A stretch of 64,000 bases of DNA from Squalus acanthias. Its lineage: Eukaryota. The translations under genes were made by a program, and so were the position numbers. The stretch spans positions 52,578,001-52,642,000 of the forward strand of contig CM059432.1 in the NCBI GenBank assembly GCA_030390025.1, given 5' to 3'. The notes beneath the pieces were generated by a model. That model saw nothing but the letters and a program-made list of their open reading frames with translations, did not search any database and was not told where the DNA came from. Positions 50,374 to 63,920 of the stretch are shown here, one piece after another. Within the stretch, counting starts at the first letter, position 1. Each line of letters begins with the position of its first letter.

Positions 50374-51809
50374 TTATTTAAATATGGCAGTGGTTTTACA
50401 GATGCAACATGTCTCAATCATTTTAAATATACTGCAATCATTAGTTATGTTGATTTTTGACTTGGGCCTGAACTAAACTATTAAATGGCCGTAAATTGAA
50501 TACTTAGGGTTGTGATCCTTGCAAATAGGCAGAGTAACATTTTCTAACTGGATTCCATTACTGTATAAGCAGTGTGCCTAATTACAGCATTCCTTTTTTA
50601 TATAATACTTTGTACAAAAATCTCTGACCTGACCGTTTTCCTATCCTTTATTAATAAATGACTGCTCGCTACTGTGTTAGTGATCTCTGCTGGGGCCACA
50701 GTGGTCATTCCAGTTGATCTTGTGTATGTCTGGGTTGGCTGGGGGTGGAAGCAGCAGGGATTCCTAGTATTGATTGTGATTCAGCAATCCCAGGTGGAAG
50801 TACTTGTGTGCAGATGTCAGGTGTAGCAGGCTGGTCAATGAAAGCTCACAATTAGAAAGACTTGAAGTAGAGTACTTGCTGTCCACCTAAAGAATTACCA
50901 TCTGGTTGAGGTAGTGGAAGCTTGCTGTTAGTCATGGAATTATACTTCAATATGCCTTGCTGTCTTCAGAAGAGGGGTAAACAAAGATAACTGGAGGGGG
51001 GAAAAAAGCATAGACTAGAAACTACTTTTTATATTGTATGGGGCAAAATCTCCCTTTTTAGAGGGATTAGTGAACAAATATAATTATCCTAAGGATTGAT
51101 GCATGCTGGGCTTTTGCTTGCTGTTTTATGTGTGAAATTGGTAACAGTTTTTAGTGATTTTTTTTAAAGTTTCAAATGTGAAATGTATGTGTGTTGTGTT
51201 GACCTACAGCTTATTTGCTCTTTTCCACTCTACATATACATTTTGTTTTAATATCACGTGAACTTGCAATGTATGCAGTTACGACTGGCTCTTCAAATCT
51301 ATTTGCTTTTTTCCTAAGCCACAGCAATGTGTGCTGTAAACCAGATGAGCGACTTGTGAGTGGCTTACACAAAAATGAATCCAGTTCTGACATCAGGCTG
51401 ATATACTACAAGTATTGGTACCTGATGAGATTGTTGTGGTGTTTATTCTTTATTGCCAGTTTTGCATCTCTTAATAATTAGGGATAGCGGACCTCTGCAC
51501 ATGTATTGATGCATCATTTTAGCTTTGCGTCATTACAAAATGTGTAGTATAACTGGGAAATGTTATACTGCAGGCTCGAGGGGCTCAATGGCCTACTCCT
51601 GTTCCTATGTTGGTATAAATGAACTTTTTTTAAAGTAACCTCTCTTGATTCAAATATCACCGGTGTTTTTGTGGTTAAGGTTGTAATCTGTCTGAATAGG
51701 AATTCAAACTAGTGGGTAGACTTCTTAAGCAGGTATTAAATGAAGAGGACAAAGAAATGACCCATAGGTAAAGCTCTTGGATTGTGTGTACATATGTGAG
51801 CATGTATAC

Positions 51810-52490
51810 AGAGACCTTGTGTGGCCGATACGCTGCGAGTTACGAATCTCTAGAACTTGCTGGTTGATTTACGTCACTCTGGCGTTTGCCTCATACAAAC
51901 GGAAGCTCACTTTTAGTTTCCACGTTATTTTTAAGAACTTGCTGGATTTGCACATTAATTGATCATTAAACTCGCTGTCGAAAGGTAGGGCTCATAATTA
52001 ACAGCGTAAGTACCCTTTTAACGACATAATTCTTAATGCAATGCCAATCAATCTCTCCGTCCCAGAAAGGGAACAATTTAAACTGTTGGGTCTCATTCCT
52101 GCATGATAATTCTTCTTGGAGATTTTAAAAATTGCAAATTTTAAAATTATTTTCTTCCTTTTCCTCACTCTCAGTCTCTCAATCCAAACTCTCTTTCCCC
52201 CTCTTTAATTCTCTTCCTGTACCTGATTTAACATTTAATTCACCCACTCTAATTCAACCGCCTTCTCTGTCGTTTCTCTTTCTCTCTCAATCTTTGAATC
52301 TTATTGGTTAAGGAGAAAGACTGTTGGTCTCGTCGTTCACTGAGGCCCAGATGCTGCGTTGCCCTTGCTGTGCCTTTATTAGCTTGCACTTTCAGTAAGT
52401 TACGTTGCAAATTATATTCAAGCTGAAAAGTGCAGGAAAAAGTCTTAACAGCAGACACTGCGAGATGCCCCACTCCAGCAAGATTGGGCC
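51810..52490. mobile_element. Degenerate MITE-like element
   Basis: CpG-enriched ends, pyrimidine-rich core, right end attgggccc like other elements here. Left end unclear. Confidence 0.4.
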
Positions 52491-53185
52491 CAATAACATC
52501 ATTGTTTTACAAGTCTAAAAAAGCTGTTGGAGCTCTGATTAACTTTAACACACCATCTGCTTTTCTTTTTATATCTATATCAGTTGTGAGTATTTGTGCT
52601 TCACTTGAGTACTGCTGGCCTCAAAAGGAAAAAACAATTTGGATGAGTTACTTAAAAGGAAAGTGTAAGGGAGCTGAGTTTGCATCAGCAGTTTGACTTT
52701 TACTGTTTGTATTTCTTTCCCATTCCATTTCCATTATAATGGTGTGCATTTAGTAACTCTTCCACCTCAGTAGTGTCACTAATACTCAGTTTAAAATAGC
52801 AAAAATCCCAAAATAGGCACAAAATGATGAAGCATTTTTTTTTACTAATGATGAAAGGGGATTCCTGGCATTGCATTTCCCTCGAGTCTGTAATTTATTT
52901 CACATTCAGTATAATTTTAGCAAGTTGCTGAAGTGAATACCGATTATAAACCTGTTTATTTGTAATGTGTATATCAGAATGTTAATACCTTAGTGTTGTA
53001 GATCAGGGGCTTTAAATCCCTGAAGTAGGACCATGCAAGTATATGTCTAGGCTAAAATCAAAGTTTGAGTGTAAGCCCGATGTTCTGACTACCACTGGTC
53101 CACTTATTGTAAGGGGGAACATGCAACTAAGGCCTCTGGATTGTGGCTAAGCATTTTGGAATGAGAACAATATCAGAAAACCTGA

Positions 53186-53291
53186 ATACAAAAGCATATT
53201 TCTGACAGTCATCGACCTGAAGCGTTTACTCGGTTTCTCTCTCCACAGATGCTGCCTGACCTGCTGAGTATTTACAGCATTTTCTGTTTTT
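53186..53291 (+). mobile_element. Short PLE-type repeat with decayed hammerhead
   Basis: 16-bp duplication ATATCAGAAAACCTGA (53170-53185 / 53292-53307). Related copies at about 46300-46375 (-), 61939-62065 (+) and 62636-62730. Confidence 0.7.
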
Positions 53292-54044
53292 ATATCAGAA
53301 AACCTGACACTGGCAAGACTGCATGATTAGACAGTCAAGTTTTCCCAACTTAGATGTTCATTGTGCTAAGCACTTGATGACTAGTTTCCTCATTGGATTA
53401 GGGGAAGAAAATAATATTGTCAATATTTCCAGCTTAATGAGACTACCGACCTTGTTTGTATTATTGGGCATTTAATCCTCAGCACACAAGCATCCTTTTC
53501 AGCAGGGATCACTGGGTAGCAATCAAGAGCAGAAATCCTGACTGAGTTTCTCCTTCATTGCCCAAGACTCTGCTTGAGATTAGCTAGCAAAACACAGATC
53601 AGTAATCAAACCTGCAATTTTCTGTTGTGTACTGCTGGGCTACATGAACTAATTTTTTTAGGAGTCGGAAGTACAGTTATCTAAAATTTACTACATTTGT
53701 GAGTAAAAAAAATCATCAATTAGTGCTGCTCCAAACTATTATGTTGGGTGAAGACAGGATCAGATTTGTCTTTGATGCTGAGCCTGCCAAAGTTCGCAAA
53801 CTGTCACATGGCGAATGGACACTAGGCAAGTTACCAGAATTTGACAAGAACCCATTAAGATATTTTATTGGGTTCTTTTCAAACACAGGAAAATGCAATT
53901 AATATTTAATAATCATGCATCATCTGTAAATCTTCTCACCTTGACATTACTGTGTCCCCTCAGTAGCCTTATGTTAAATGCACTGATTGGTGTGGTACAG
54001 CTGATCTTGTCAGTGGTGCTACAGTTGGTCTCGAAAGGGGAAGA

Positions 54045-55350
54045 AGTTTTTTTTGTTCGTTCCTGGGATGTGGGCATCGCTGGCAAGGCCAGCATTTATT
54101 GCCCATTCCTAATTGCCCTTGAGAAGGTGGTGGTGAGCCGCCTTCTTGAACCGCTGGAGTCTGTGTGGTGAAGGTATCCCACAGTGCTGTTAGGGAGGGA
54201 GTTCCAGGATTTTGACCCAGCGACGATGAAGGATCGGCGATATACTTCCAAGTCAGGATGGTGTGTGACAACACGGTGGCATAGTGGTTAGCACTGGTGC
54301 CTCACAGCGCCAGGGACCCGGGTTCGAATCTGACCTAGGGTGACTGTCTGTGTGGAGTTTGCACATTCTCCCCGTGTCTGCGTGGGTTTCCTCCGGGTGC
54401 TCCGGTTTCCTCCCACAGTCCAAAAATGTGCGGGTTAGGTTGATTTGGCTATGATAAATTGACCCTTAGTGTTAGGGGGGGATTAAATATGTGGGGTTAT
54501 GGGGATAGGATGGGATATGTGTACTGTGGGGATTAAAGCAGGGACAGGGTACTGGATTTGGATGATCAGCCATGATCGTATTGAATAGTGGAGCAGGCTC
54601 GACGGGCCGAATGGCCTACTCCTGCTCCTAGATTCTATGTTTCTATGTTTCTGTGTGACTTGGAGGTGGTGGTGTTCTCATGCGCCTGCTGCCCTTGTCC
54701 TTCTAGGTGGAAGAGGTCGCGGGTTTGGGAGGTGCTGCCGAAGAAGCCTTGGCGAGTTGCTGCAGTGCATCTTGTAGATGGTACACACTGCAGCCACGGT
54801 ACGCTGGTGGTGGAGGGAGTGAATGTTTAAGGTGGTGGATGGGGTACCAATCAAGTGGGCTGCTTTGTCCTGGATGGTATCGAGCTTCTTGAGTGTTGTT
54901 GGAGCTGCACTCATCCAGGCAAGTGGAGAGTATTGCATCACACTCCTTACTTGTGCCTTGTAGATCATCGTCGTCGCTGGGTCAAAATCCTGGAACTCCC
55001 TACCTAACAGCACTGTGGGAGTACCTTCACCACACGGACTGCTGCGGTTCAAGAATGCGGCTCACCACCACCTTCTCGAGGGCAATTAGGGATGGACAAT
55101 AAAGGCTGGTCTTGCCAGCGACGCCCACATCCCATTTAAAAAAGAACGAATAAAAAAAATGGTGGAAAGGCTTTGGGGAGTCAGGAGATGAGACACTCGC
55201 TGTAGAATACCCAGCCTCTGATCTGCTCTTGTTGCCACAGTATGTGGCTGATCCAGTTAAGTTTCTGGTCAGTGGTGACCCCCAGGATGTTAATGGTGGG
55301 GTGTTCGGTGATGGTAATGCTGTTGAATGTCAAGCGGCGGTGGTTAGACT
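54045..55350 (-). mobile_element. tRNA-headed LINE family 3' portion, with a SINE (54270-54651) and an opposite-orientation tail of the same family (about 54965-55160) inside
   Basis: IYKAQVRSVM.YSPLAW...LDTIQDKAA, tail stem-loop on both strands. Confidence 0.85.
54270..54651 (+). mobile_element. Full-length HE1/V-SINE-like tRNA-derived SINE
   Basis: A box TGGCATAGTGG, B box GGTTCGAATC, V-domain GGAGTTTGCACATTCTCCCCGTGTCTGCGTGGGTTTCCTCCGGGTGCTCCGG, CR1-like tail. TSD TGTGTGAC (54262-54269 / 54652-54659). Confidence 0.9.
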
Positions 55351-57712
55351 TTTGCTTGTTGAAGTTGCTAATATTCCTGTTCCTGATTGCTGTCTAGTGA
55401 CTCTTGCTGGAAAATCCTTGTGTATGGAGGCTTGAAGATAGAATTGAGTTTAGCTTGACTGAGATTCTTGCCACTCTTAGCTAAAAGCTTTGTTGAATCT
55501 TGCTGTTGAGGCTCAACACATGGAGGATGGCCATTTGGGATTCTTTTGATACTAGACAAGCTGAAAATGCCACCCAATATACCCAAGCACTGACTTATTC
55601 CCTAATTAAATTAAGAGTTTTAATTGGATTTTAATTGAAATCTGTGTTTCCTTCTCTCATTGCTCACTTGGTTAGTTTTAAAAAAAAAACACCTTCCAGT
55701 TTGACATTAGAATTTGTGCCCGTGTCATGAATCCTGCTGCAAAATGATTGCTTTAAGAAGGGCAAGCAATCTGCATTTTGAAGAGAAATTATTCGAGCAT
55801 TTGGAAACTGGACCCAATTTGACCCTTTTTGACTGCTTTAATTTTGTGGGAATTCATCAACTTGCTTAAAGGATTACAGTTCTACTGTTTTTTCACATCT
55901 AATTTTAGTTCTGAAATGGAGAAATATCTTTACTTTATTTTCATGTAATAACTGACTACACTTCAGAAGTACTCTGGCTGTGAAGCACTTTGGGACATCC
56001 TGAGTTTGTTAAAGGCACTATATAAAAACAAGTTTTCTTTCTTTAATAATAAATTTAATGTTCTATAAAAGTAGAATTTAAGAACTATAAACCAAGGGAC
56101 ATTCAAATTAGAGTATTTTTGAAATGAGCTGTGTAGATATTGCAATGAAAACTGTATTTAGTGCAGATATTTCATTGGAGATTTTGGCTTTTTAAAACGG
56201 AGCACAAGCACACACATTTGTCTAGCAATTGGTATTATGGGGATAGTAAGGTTCTTGCCTTTGTTTTTGATCCTTGAGTGTAACTGACATCCAATAGCTC
56301 TCCCAGTAGAAAACTGAAAATATTTGTTTTCTTAAGGCTTGATGTACAGTGTCTCTGTTTACATTTTGAAATGCATCTTTTTTCATCATCCTTGAATACC
56401 ATGGAAAATATGCAGCCAAGTCCCCAAACAAAACCAGCACTGAATAATATCCTTTGCTGTTTACAAAGGTCTACTCCAGGTTGCATGACTGCATAGAAGG
56501 TCAGCTTATTGTTCTAATTAGCGATGAGTTGTGAGCAGGAATGCTTTTTACTGCAGTGCAAGTTACTGACCTCAAGTGACTTTAAATCAGGCCCTGGACT
56601 TTTCAAGGCTTTCCAGTGTAAAGTGCTGCTCTTCAACATACCATAAACTAGGTGTAACCTTCCTTTTCGAGGGAAGTGCCATGAACAATAATAACCTTTT
56701 AGATTTTCAGTCATTTATGTACTGAATAAACTGTTAATTACTGATTCAGTTCAATTTAGACTGAGCAATGGTCAATTGCATGGCTTGATTGCCAAATTAG
56801 TACAATGAAGTGCAGTTAAAGGAATCAAAATGAAAAACCAAATCCACTATAATAGGCTGGATTGTTCTGTTTCTAAGTGAGATTTGTTCATTTTCACTCA
56901 TCTCCCAAACAAATTGTTTCTGGAATTAAAGTGAAGTTATCGGGTGTGTTTAGATTTGTTGGGATAGCAGCCACAACTGAACTCTGTATGGCATCATCCA
57001 ATTTTCAGTACTTCATCTATGAAAGACCAGCATTGGTAAAAGACAGCAGCAGAATTCAGGAGGTCTGCATTGGAGATTGTTCGTTGTAAGGGAATTAAAT
57101 TATTCCCACCCAAAGCAATGCCTCTCCAGGACTGAACTGTACGAACAAAAGACCCCAGCTGCTTTGGTCTCTGTGCATGCATGATTTCTACTGGCTGATT
57201 TGCAGATGGAAAATTATTGATGCTGAAAGTCGTGAAGGAGGTTGCAGCCTGCTTGCCAGGAGCCACAGAGTAGCCACTGTGTGGTTGCTTTGCATGAAAA
57301 TAAATGGAATGGTTAATTTAAATGTGGGGTGGAGGAGGTGGGGAAGGAGGGAGGGGCAGAAGGACGGGAGCATTTTTCTTTTTTCATCACTCCCATTCTG
57401 CCTGAACTTGTGATTTCAGACCATTGTATAGGTGTCCAGGACCCCAGGGTTCCAATTTTCTCCAGTACTTTGGAAGTAACTTCCAAAAAGCTTTTTTTTT
57501 AAAGTAAACCTCTTAGGATAAAAATGAAATGTGCCATTTTATGAGGAAATTAGTTAAAATACTGCAACAGTCTTGTTCTTTTTTCTTGATCTAGCTTCAA
57601 AAGAAAAGAAGTTTTGATCAGAACTACTGTAAGTTTAACTGTAGAGTTCCTGAGTAAGATGGGGTTGCATATGTTTGCAGGATTTAAAAAAAACCCCTAT
57701 TTATCAAGAATT

Positions 57713-60700
57713 AAACACTTAGAAGAAGCACTGAGAGTAGCAAGGGCACAGAATGTACTCTGGGTCGGGGACGTCAATGTCCATCACCAAGAGTGGCTCG
57801 GTAGCGCCACTATTGACCGAGCTGGCCGAGACCTGAAGGACATAACTGCCAGACTGTGCCTGCGACAGATGGTGAGAGAACCAACACAAGCAAAACATAC
57901 TTGACCTCGTCCTCACCAATCTACCCGTCGCAGATGCATCTGTCCATGACGGCATTGGTAGCAGTGACCACCACACAGTCATTGTGGAGACAAAGTCCTG
58001 TCTTCACACTGAGGACACCCTCCATCGTGTTGTGTGGCACTACCACCATGGTAAATGGGATAGATTCAGAATAGAGCGAGTAGCTCAAAACTGGGCATCC
58101 ATGAGGCGCTGTGGGCCATCACAGCAATAGAATTGTATTCCACCACAATCTGTAACCTCATGGCCCGGCATATCCCTCACTCTACCATTACCATCAAGCC
58201 AGGGGAGCAACCCTGGTTCAATAAGGAGTGCAGAAGAGCGTGCCAGGAGCAGCACCAGGCGTACCTGAAAATGAGATGCCAACCTGGGGAAGCTGCAACT
58301 CAGGACTACATGAACGCTAAACAGCGGAAGCAGCATGCTATGGACAGAGCTAAGCAAACCCACAATCAATGAATCAGATCAAAGCTCTGCAGTCGTGCCA
58401 CATCCAGTCATGAATATGGTGGGCAATTAACCAACTAACTGGAGGAGGAGGCTCCAGGAATATCCCCATTCTCCGTGATGGCGGAGCCCAGCACGCAAGT
58501 GCGAAAGACAAGGCTGATGTGTTTGCAGCCATCTTCAGCCAGAAGTGCCAAGTGGATGATCCATATCGACCTCCTCCCACCATCACAGAAGCCAGTCTCC
58601 AGCCAATTCTATTCACTCCACGTGATATCAAGAAATGGCTGAGCGTACTGGGTACAGCAAAAGCTGTGGGCCCCAACAACATCCCAGCTACCGTGCTGCA
58701 GACTTGTGCTCCAAAACTAGTTGCGCCTCTAGCCAAGCTGTTCCAGTACAGCTATAACACTGGCATCTACCCGACAATGTGGAAAAGCTTTTGTAGTGGG
58801 GAAGATTTAGAAACTATAATCTGGGACAAAATTAAGTCACTTGGACAGGTATGGATAAATGAAGGAAAGCCAGCATAGATTTGTTAAAGGCAAATCGTGC
58901 TTAACTAACTTGATTGAGTTTTTTGATGAGGTGACCGAGGGTTGATGGGCAATGCAGTTGAGGTGGTGTATATGGACTTCCAAAAGGCGTTTGATAAGTG
59001 CCACATAATAGGCTTGCCATCAAAGTTGAAGCCCATGCAATAAAAGGGACAGTGGCAACATGAATACGAAATTGGCTAAGTGACAGGAAACAGAAAATAA
59101 TGGTGAACGGTGTCTTTCGGACTGGAGGAAGGTATACAGTGATGTTCCCCAGGGGTCGGTACGAGGACCACTGCTTTTCTTGTTATATATTAATGACTTG
59201 GACTTGGGTGTACAGGGCACAATTTCAAAATTTGCAGATGAGACAAAGCTTGGAAGTACAGTGAACATTGAAGAGGATAGTGATAGACTTCAAGAGGACA
59301 TAAACAGGCTGGTGGATTGGGCGGACACGTGGCAGATGAATTTTAATGCAGAAAAGTATGAAGTGTTACATTTTGATAGAACGAGGAGAGGCATTATAAA
59401 CTAAAGGGTATAATTCTAAAGGGGGTGCATGAACAGAGACCTGGGGGTATATGGGCACAAATTGTTGAAGGGGGCAGGTTGAGAAAGCAGTTAAAAAAGC
59501 ATATGGGATCCTGGGCTTCATAAATGGAGTCATAGAGTACAAAAGCAAGGAAGTTGTAATGAACTTTTATAAAACACTGGTTTGGCCTCAACTTGAGTAT
59601 TGTGTCCAATTCTGGGCCCCACACTTTAGGAAGGATGTGAAGGCCTTAGAGAGGGTGCAGAAAAGATTTACAAGAATGATTCCAGGGGTGAGGGACTTCA
59701 GTTACGTGGATAGACTGGAGAAGCTGGGTTTGTTCTCCTTGGAGCGGAGAAGGTTGAGAGGAGATTTGATACAGGTGTTCAAAATCATGAGGGGTCCAGA
59801 TAGAGAGAAACTGTTCCCATTGGTGGAAGGGTCGAGAACCAGAGGACACAGATTTAAGGTGATTGGCAGAAGAACCAAAGGCAACATGGAAAAACTATTT
59901 TACGCAGTGAGTAGTTAGGATCTGGAATTCACTGCCTGAAAAGGTGGTGGAGGCGGGCTCAATCGTGGCTTTCCAAAGGGAGTTGGATAAGTACCTGCAG
60001 GAAAAAAAAATTGCAGGGCTATGGGGAAAGGGTTGGGAAGTGGGACGAGCTGAAGTGCTCTTGCAGGGAGTCGGCACAGGCTCGACAGGTCAAATGGTCT
60101 CCTTCTGTACTGTAACCATTCTATGATTCTATGAAAACTGCCCAGGTATGTCCTGTTCACAAAAAGCAGGACAAATCCAATCTGGCCAATTACCACCCCA
60201 TCAGTCTACTCTCAATCATCAGCAAAGTGATGGAAGGTGTCATCAACACTGCTATCAAGCAGCACTTAATCATCAACAACCTTCTCACCGATGCTCAGTT
60301 TGAGTTCCACCAGGACCACTCTGCTCCAGATGTCTTTACAACTTTGGTCCAAACATGGACAAAAGAGCTGAATTCCAGACGTGAGGTGAGAGTGACTGCC
60401 CTTAACATCGAAGCAGCATTTGACCAAGTGTGGTATCAAGGAACCTTAGTAAAAATTGAAGTGAGTGGGAATTGGGGGAAAACTCTCCACTGGCTCGAGT
60501 CATACCTAGCACAAAGGAAAATGGTTGTGGTTGTTGGTCAATCATCTCAGCCCTAGGACATCACTGCAGGAGTTCCTCAGGGCAGTGTCCTAGGCCCAAC
60601 CATCTTCAGCTGCTTCATCAATGACCTTCCCTCATCATAAGGTCAGAAATGGGGATGTTCGCTGATGATTGCACCGTGTTCAGATCCATTCGCAACTCCT

Positions 60701-61510
60701 CAGATAATGAAACAGTCCATGCCTGCATGCAGCAAGACCTGGACGACATTCAGGCTTGGGCTGATAAGTGGCAGGTAACATTCGCGCCACACAAGTACCA
60801 GGCAATGATTTTCTCCAACAAGCGAGAGTCTAACCACTGCCCCTTGACATTCAATGGCATTACCATCGCCGAATCCCCCACCATCAACCTTCTGGGGCTA
60901 ACCATTGACCAGAAACTTAACTGGACCAGCCGCATAAATAATGTGGCAACAAGAGCAGGTCAGAGGCTGGGTATTCTGCGGTGAGTGTCTCATCTCCTTA
61001 CTCCCCAAAGCCTTTCCACCATCTAGGTACAAGTAAGGAGTGTGATGGAATACTCTCCACTTGCCTGGATGAGTGCAGCTCCAACAACGCTCAAGAAGCT
61101 CGACACCATCAGGACAAAGCAGCCTGCTTGATTGGCACCTCATCCACCATCTTAAACATTCACTCCCTCCACCACTGGCGCACTATAGCTGCAGTGTGTA
61201 CCATCTACAAGATGCACTGCAGCAACTCTTCAAGGCTCCTAAACCCGCAACTTCCACCTAGAAGGACAAGGGCAGCAGGCACATGGGAGTACCATCACTT
61301 GCAAGTTACATACCATCCTGACTTGGAAATATATTGCCATTCCTTCATCGTCGCTGGGTTAAAATCTGGAACTCCCTACCTAACAGTACTGTGGGAGTAC
61401 CTTCACCACACAGACTGCAGCGGTTCAAGAAGGTGGCTCACCACCTCGAGGGCAACTAGGAATGGGCAATAAATGCTGGCCTTGCCAGCGACGCCCACAT
61501 CCCATGAACA
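57713..61510 (+). mobile_element. 5'-truncated copy of the tRNA-headed LINE family, split by a CR1
   Basis: HLEEALRVARAQNVLWVGD through RT to the tail. The frame ...YPTMWK|TAQVCPVHKK rejoins across 58787-60132. Confidence 0.88.
58787..60132 (+). mobile_element. CR1 LINE 3' portion nested in the above
   Basis: PQGSV.GP, KFADETKL, LERVQKRFTRM, tail attctatg. Short gaaaa duplication at the junctions. Confidence 0.88.
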
Positions 61511-61938
61511 AATATTTAAAACATTTTGGCTGCTTTAATTTTGAACTCTTGACAAGTCAAAAAACTGATAGTGAATGCAGCAACATTGAATAAATGCATT
61601 CTGAGACAGAAACCTCCATGTCCCTCATAGATTGACCTCTAGCTCTGCATCATGTGATTACATGCCCTGTCTGCAACTGATCTGTCAACTTGAGTCACTA
61701 CATAGTTCTACTGTACAGTACTAAATGCATGTATTTGGACACCGAAATGAATGTGTTTTAAGCTGACTGTTCTCGTGATCATTTTAAAACACAATATTTA
61801 GCAGAATTTGTGTTCTGTAAAGCTTTATGAAAGATAGTGAGTTGAGACACAATAAACTTGATATTTTAAGTGCCTTGTCTGGTTATACTTCTGTATTTAT
61901 ACCAGAATTTCAGTTTTTTTGTGTGCATGGCATTTAAA

Positions 61939-62065
61939 AAATTCTAACAAAGGGTCACAGACCTGAAACATTAACTCTGTTTCTCTCCACGGAAGCTGCC
62001 TGACCTGCTGAGTGTTTCCTGCATTTTCTGTTTCAGATTTCCAGCATCCGCAGTATTTTGCTATT
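61939..62065 (+). mobile_element. Short PLE-type repeat with decayed hammerhead
   Basis: aatt-CTAACAA-agggtc-aca-gacct-GAAACATT-aact, followed by the same body as 53186-53291. Confidence 0.65.
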
Positions 62066-62739
62066 TTTAAAATTCTGTTGGGCAGTGTGATTTACACCTC
62101 CTGGATAGTGCAGTGGTTTAAAATACCATTGTTTCACTTCTGGATAAGATATTCATCTCTGCCTGCTAGCTGGCACAAAAGTGGTTTTGCGTCAACATAA
62201 ATGACAAAATTGTGTATCACTCTCCCATGTTTTATGAGCTGGATATGACATTCTCTATCATTCTGCATGCCAAAAGAAATGAAATATAACGAGCCTAGAA
62301 ATCGTTTTGTTCTCTGGCTCCAGAGGCAGCGTTTGGTGTTTTGCCAATGATCAGTAGGCTTTGTGATAACTTTCCACCATATATTATGCACGTCGTGTTA
62401 AATTGGGCTGCATATAGGTTGGAAAAAATCCAGTGTTCTGGATGATCCCCATATTTATCCATGATGCATTTTGCCTCTTTGTTTTGTTGGATTACATGTA
62501 TGAATTATGTTTATCACTAATGGGACTGCAAAATGCACATACAGACGGAAATCCTGTCTGAGAGAAGAGCAGAACTTCTTCAAGGTGGACATTCCTAGAA
62601 GAGAAGTGGCAGTGAATTAAATACTAATGCAATAGTGAAATACTGCGGATGCTGGAAATCTGAAATAACAGAAAATGCTAGAAATACTCAGGTCAGGCAG
62701 TTGCTGAGTATTTCCAGCATTTTCTGTTTTAATTAAGAG

Positions 62740-63050
62740 TGGTCACTGTTTTCTAGGAAAACGTGGCACCTCACTTTTTGCACAGCAAGACCCCAGAGAC
62801 GACATGAGAGAAATGCGTTGAGGGATGACTGTTCCCCAATATACTGGAAGAACTCCTTTTTCTTCTTATAGTGCCATGGATCTTTTACATTCACTTGAAC
62901 AGGCAACTGGATCCTCTGTTTTAATATCTCATCCAAAAACAGCAACTCCAATAATGTAGCCTCAGTGAAGTATCAGCCTAGAATATGTGCCCAAACCCTG
63001 CAGTGGGGCTTGAACTCTCTCTCCTGACTGAGCACTGAGCCAAGTTGCCA
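62740..63050 (-). mobile_element. Degenerate DeuSINE-like SINE
   Basis: Minus strand gttcaagccccac (B box) and Deu-domain-like gtgaatgtaaaagatccatggcact. Confidence 0.55.
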
Positions 63051-63276
63051 CTAATACATTTAGTTAAGCCTGTCCAATCCAAACCATTTGGTCTTAATCT
63101 GTTTTAGCAGATATTTTCCAACTCTGTCACAAGTAGTTATGCTGTGTGGCCCACAGAGAACTGTGAAGCGTTCACTTTATTTTAAGAATGTGTGCACCAA
63201 TGCTTCTCGGACAATTTTTCTCTGACACTTCTGCTTTTTCCTTTTTGATTTTTTTTGGTCTTTTTTTAATTCTCAG

Positions 63277-63452
63277 ATTTTGGTTGTTGCAATCAGTGCA
63301 AAAGCTGTTTTGAAAGGTTTATTAAGTTCTTCAACGAAAACTCTATGCCCATGGATAGTTTCAAAAGTCTGTTTAACTGAGGAAGAAAACAAATACGTCA
63401 ACAGTAAACATGATTTCAAAACTAGTCAAAAATGTCAACAGTTGCTCCTCAG
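63277..63452 (+). other. Candidate exon (coding status unknown)
   Basis: Long polypyrimidine tract with tctcag acceptor, donor CAG|gtgacg. Alternative donor TG|gtaaga at 63621. Confidence 0.45.
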
Positions 63453-63833
63453 GTGACGTTTGTTTTGTTGCTTTGTGAAAGACATGTGACTTGTTCTAAT
63501 AATTAACGAGTTCTTGTCGACTTCATAGCATTCCCTCTGTCAGACACGTGTTTTTGCTAATCAAGATGCGCCTGTTACTATCAATTCAAATTCAGAGTAG
63601 CCTTTGACCATATCTTTCTGGTAAGAGGTTGGAGCAGATTTGCTGTTTCTATTGGCTAGTGACTTTTTTTGTTTTACTTTTCAAGCTGGCGTTAATCAGT
63701 CGATGTACTTTGTAATAGCGCACATGGTAAACTTGGATTCCTTGATGTTAGCTGTCTTCCTGTGAGCGCAAACTATTGGAAAACATTTACAATGAACTAG
63801 CGTTTGTGAAGAGGGGAAATACTCCTTTTTAAA

Positions 63834-63920
63834 ATGTATTTCTCCAATGAGGATTGTGATTCTTCAGGAGAAAGTAGCAGTCTAAGTCAAGATAGCAGCT
63901 TTGGAAGATCCTGGCTCTGG
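63834..63920 (+). CDS. Candidate coding exon segment MYFSNEDCDSSGESSSLSQDSSFGRSWLW (exon may start at 63686 or 63868)
   Basis: aaaATG context, open 29 codons to donor TGG|gtgagt. Strong acceptor ttttcaag ending at 63685. No homology recognised. Confidence 0.4.

Noticed and set aside
55400..57600. Repeat-poor stretch that might hold an enhancer or exon
   Set aside because: No convincing ORF with splice sites or diagnostic motif. Needs cross-species alignment.
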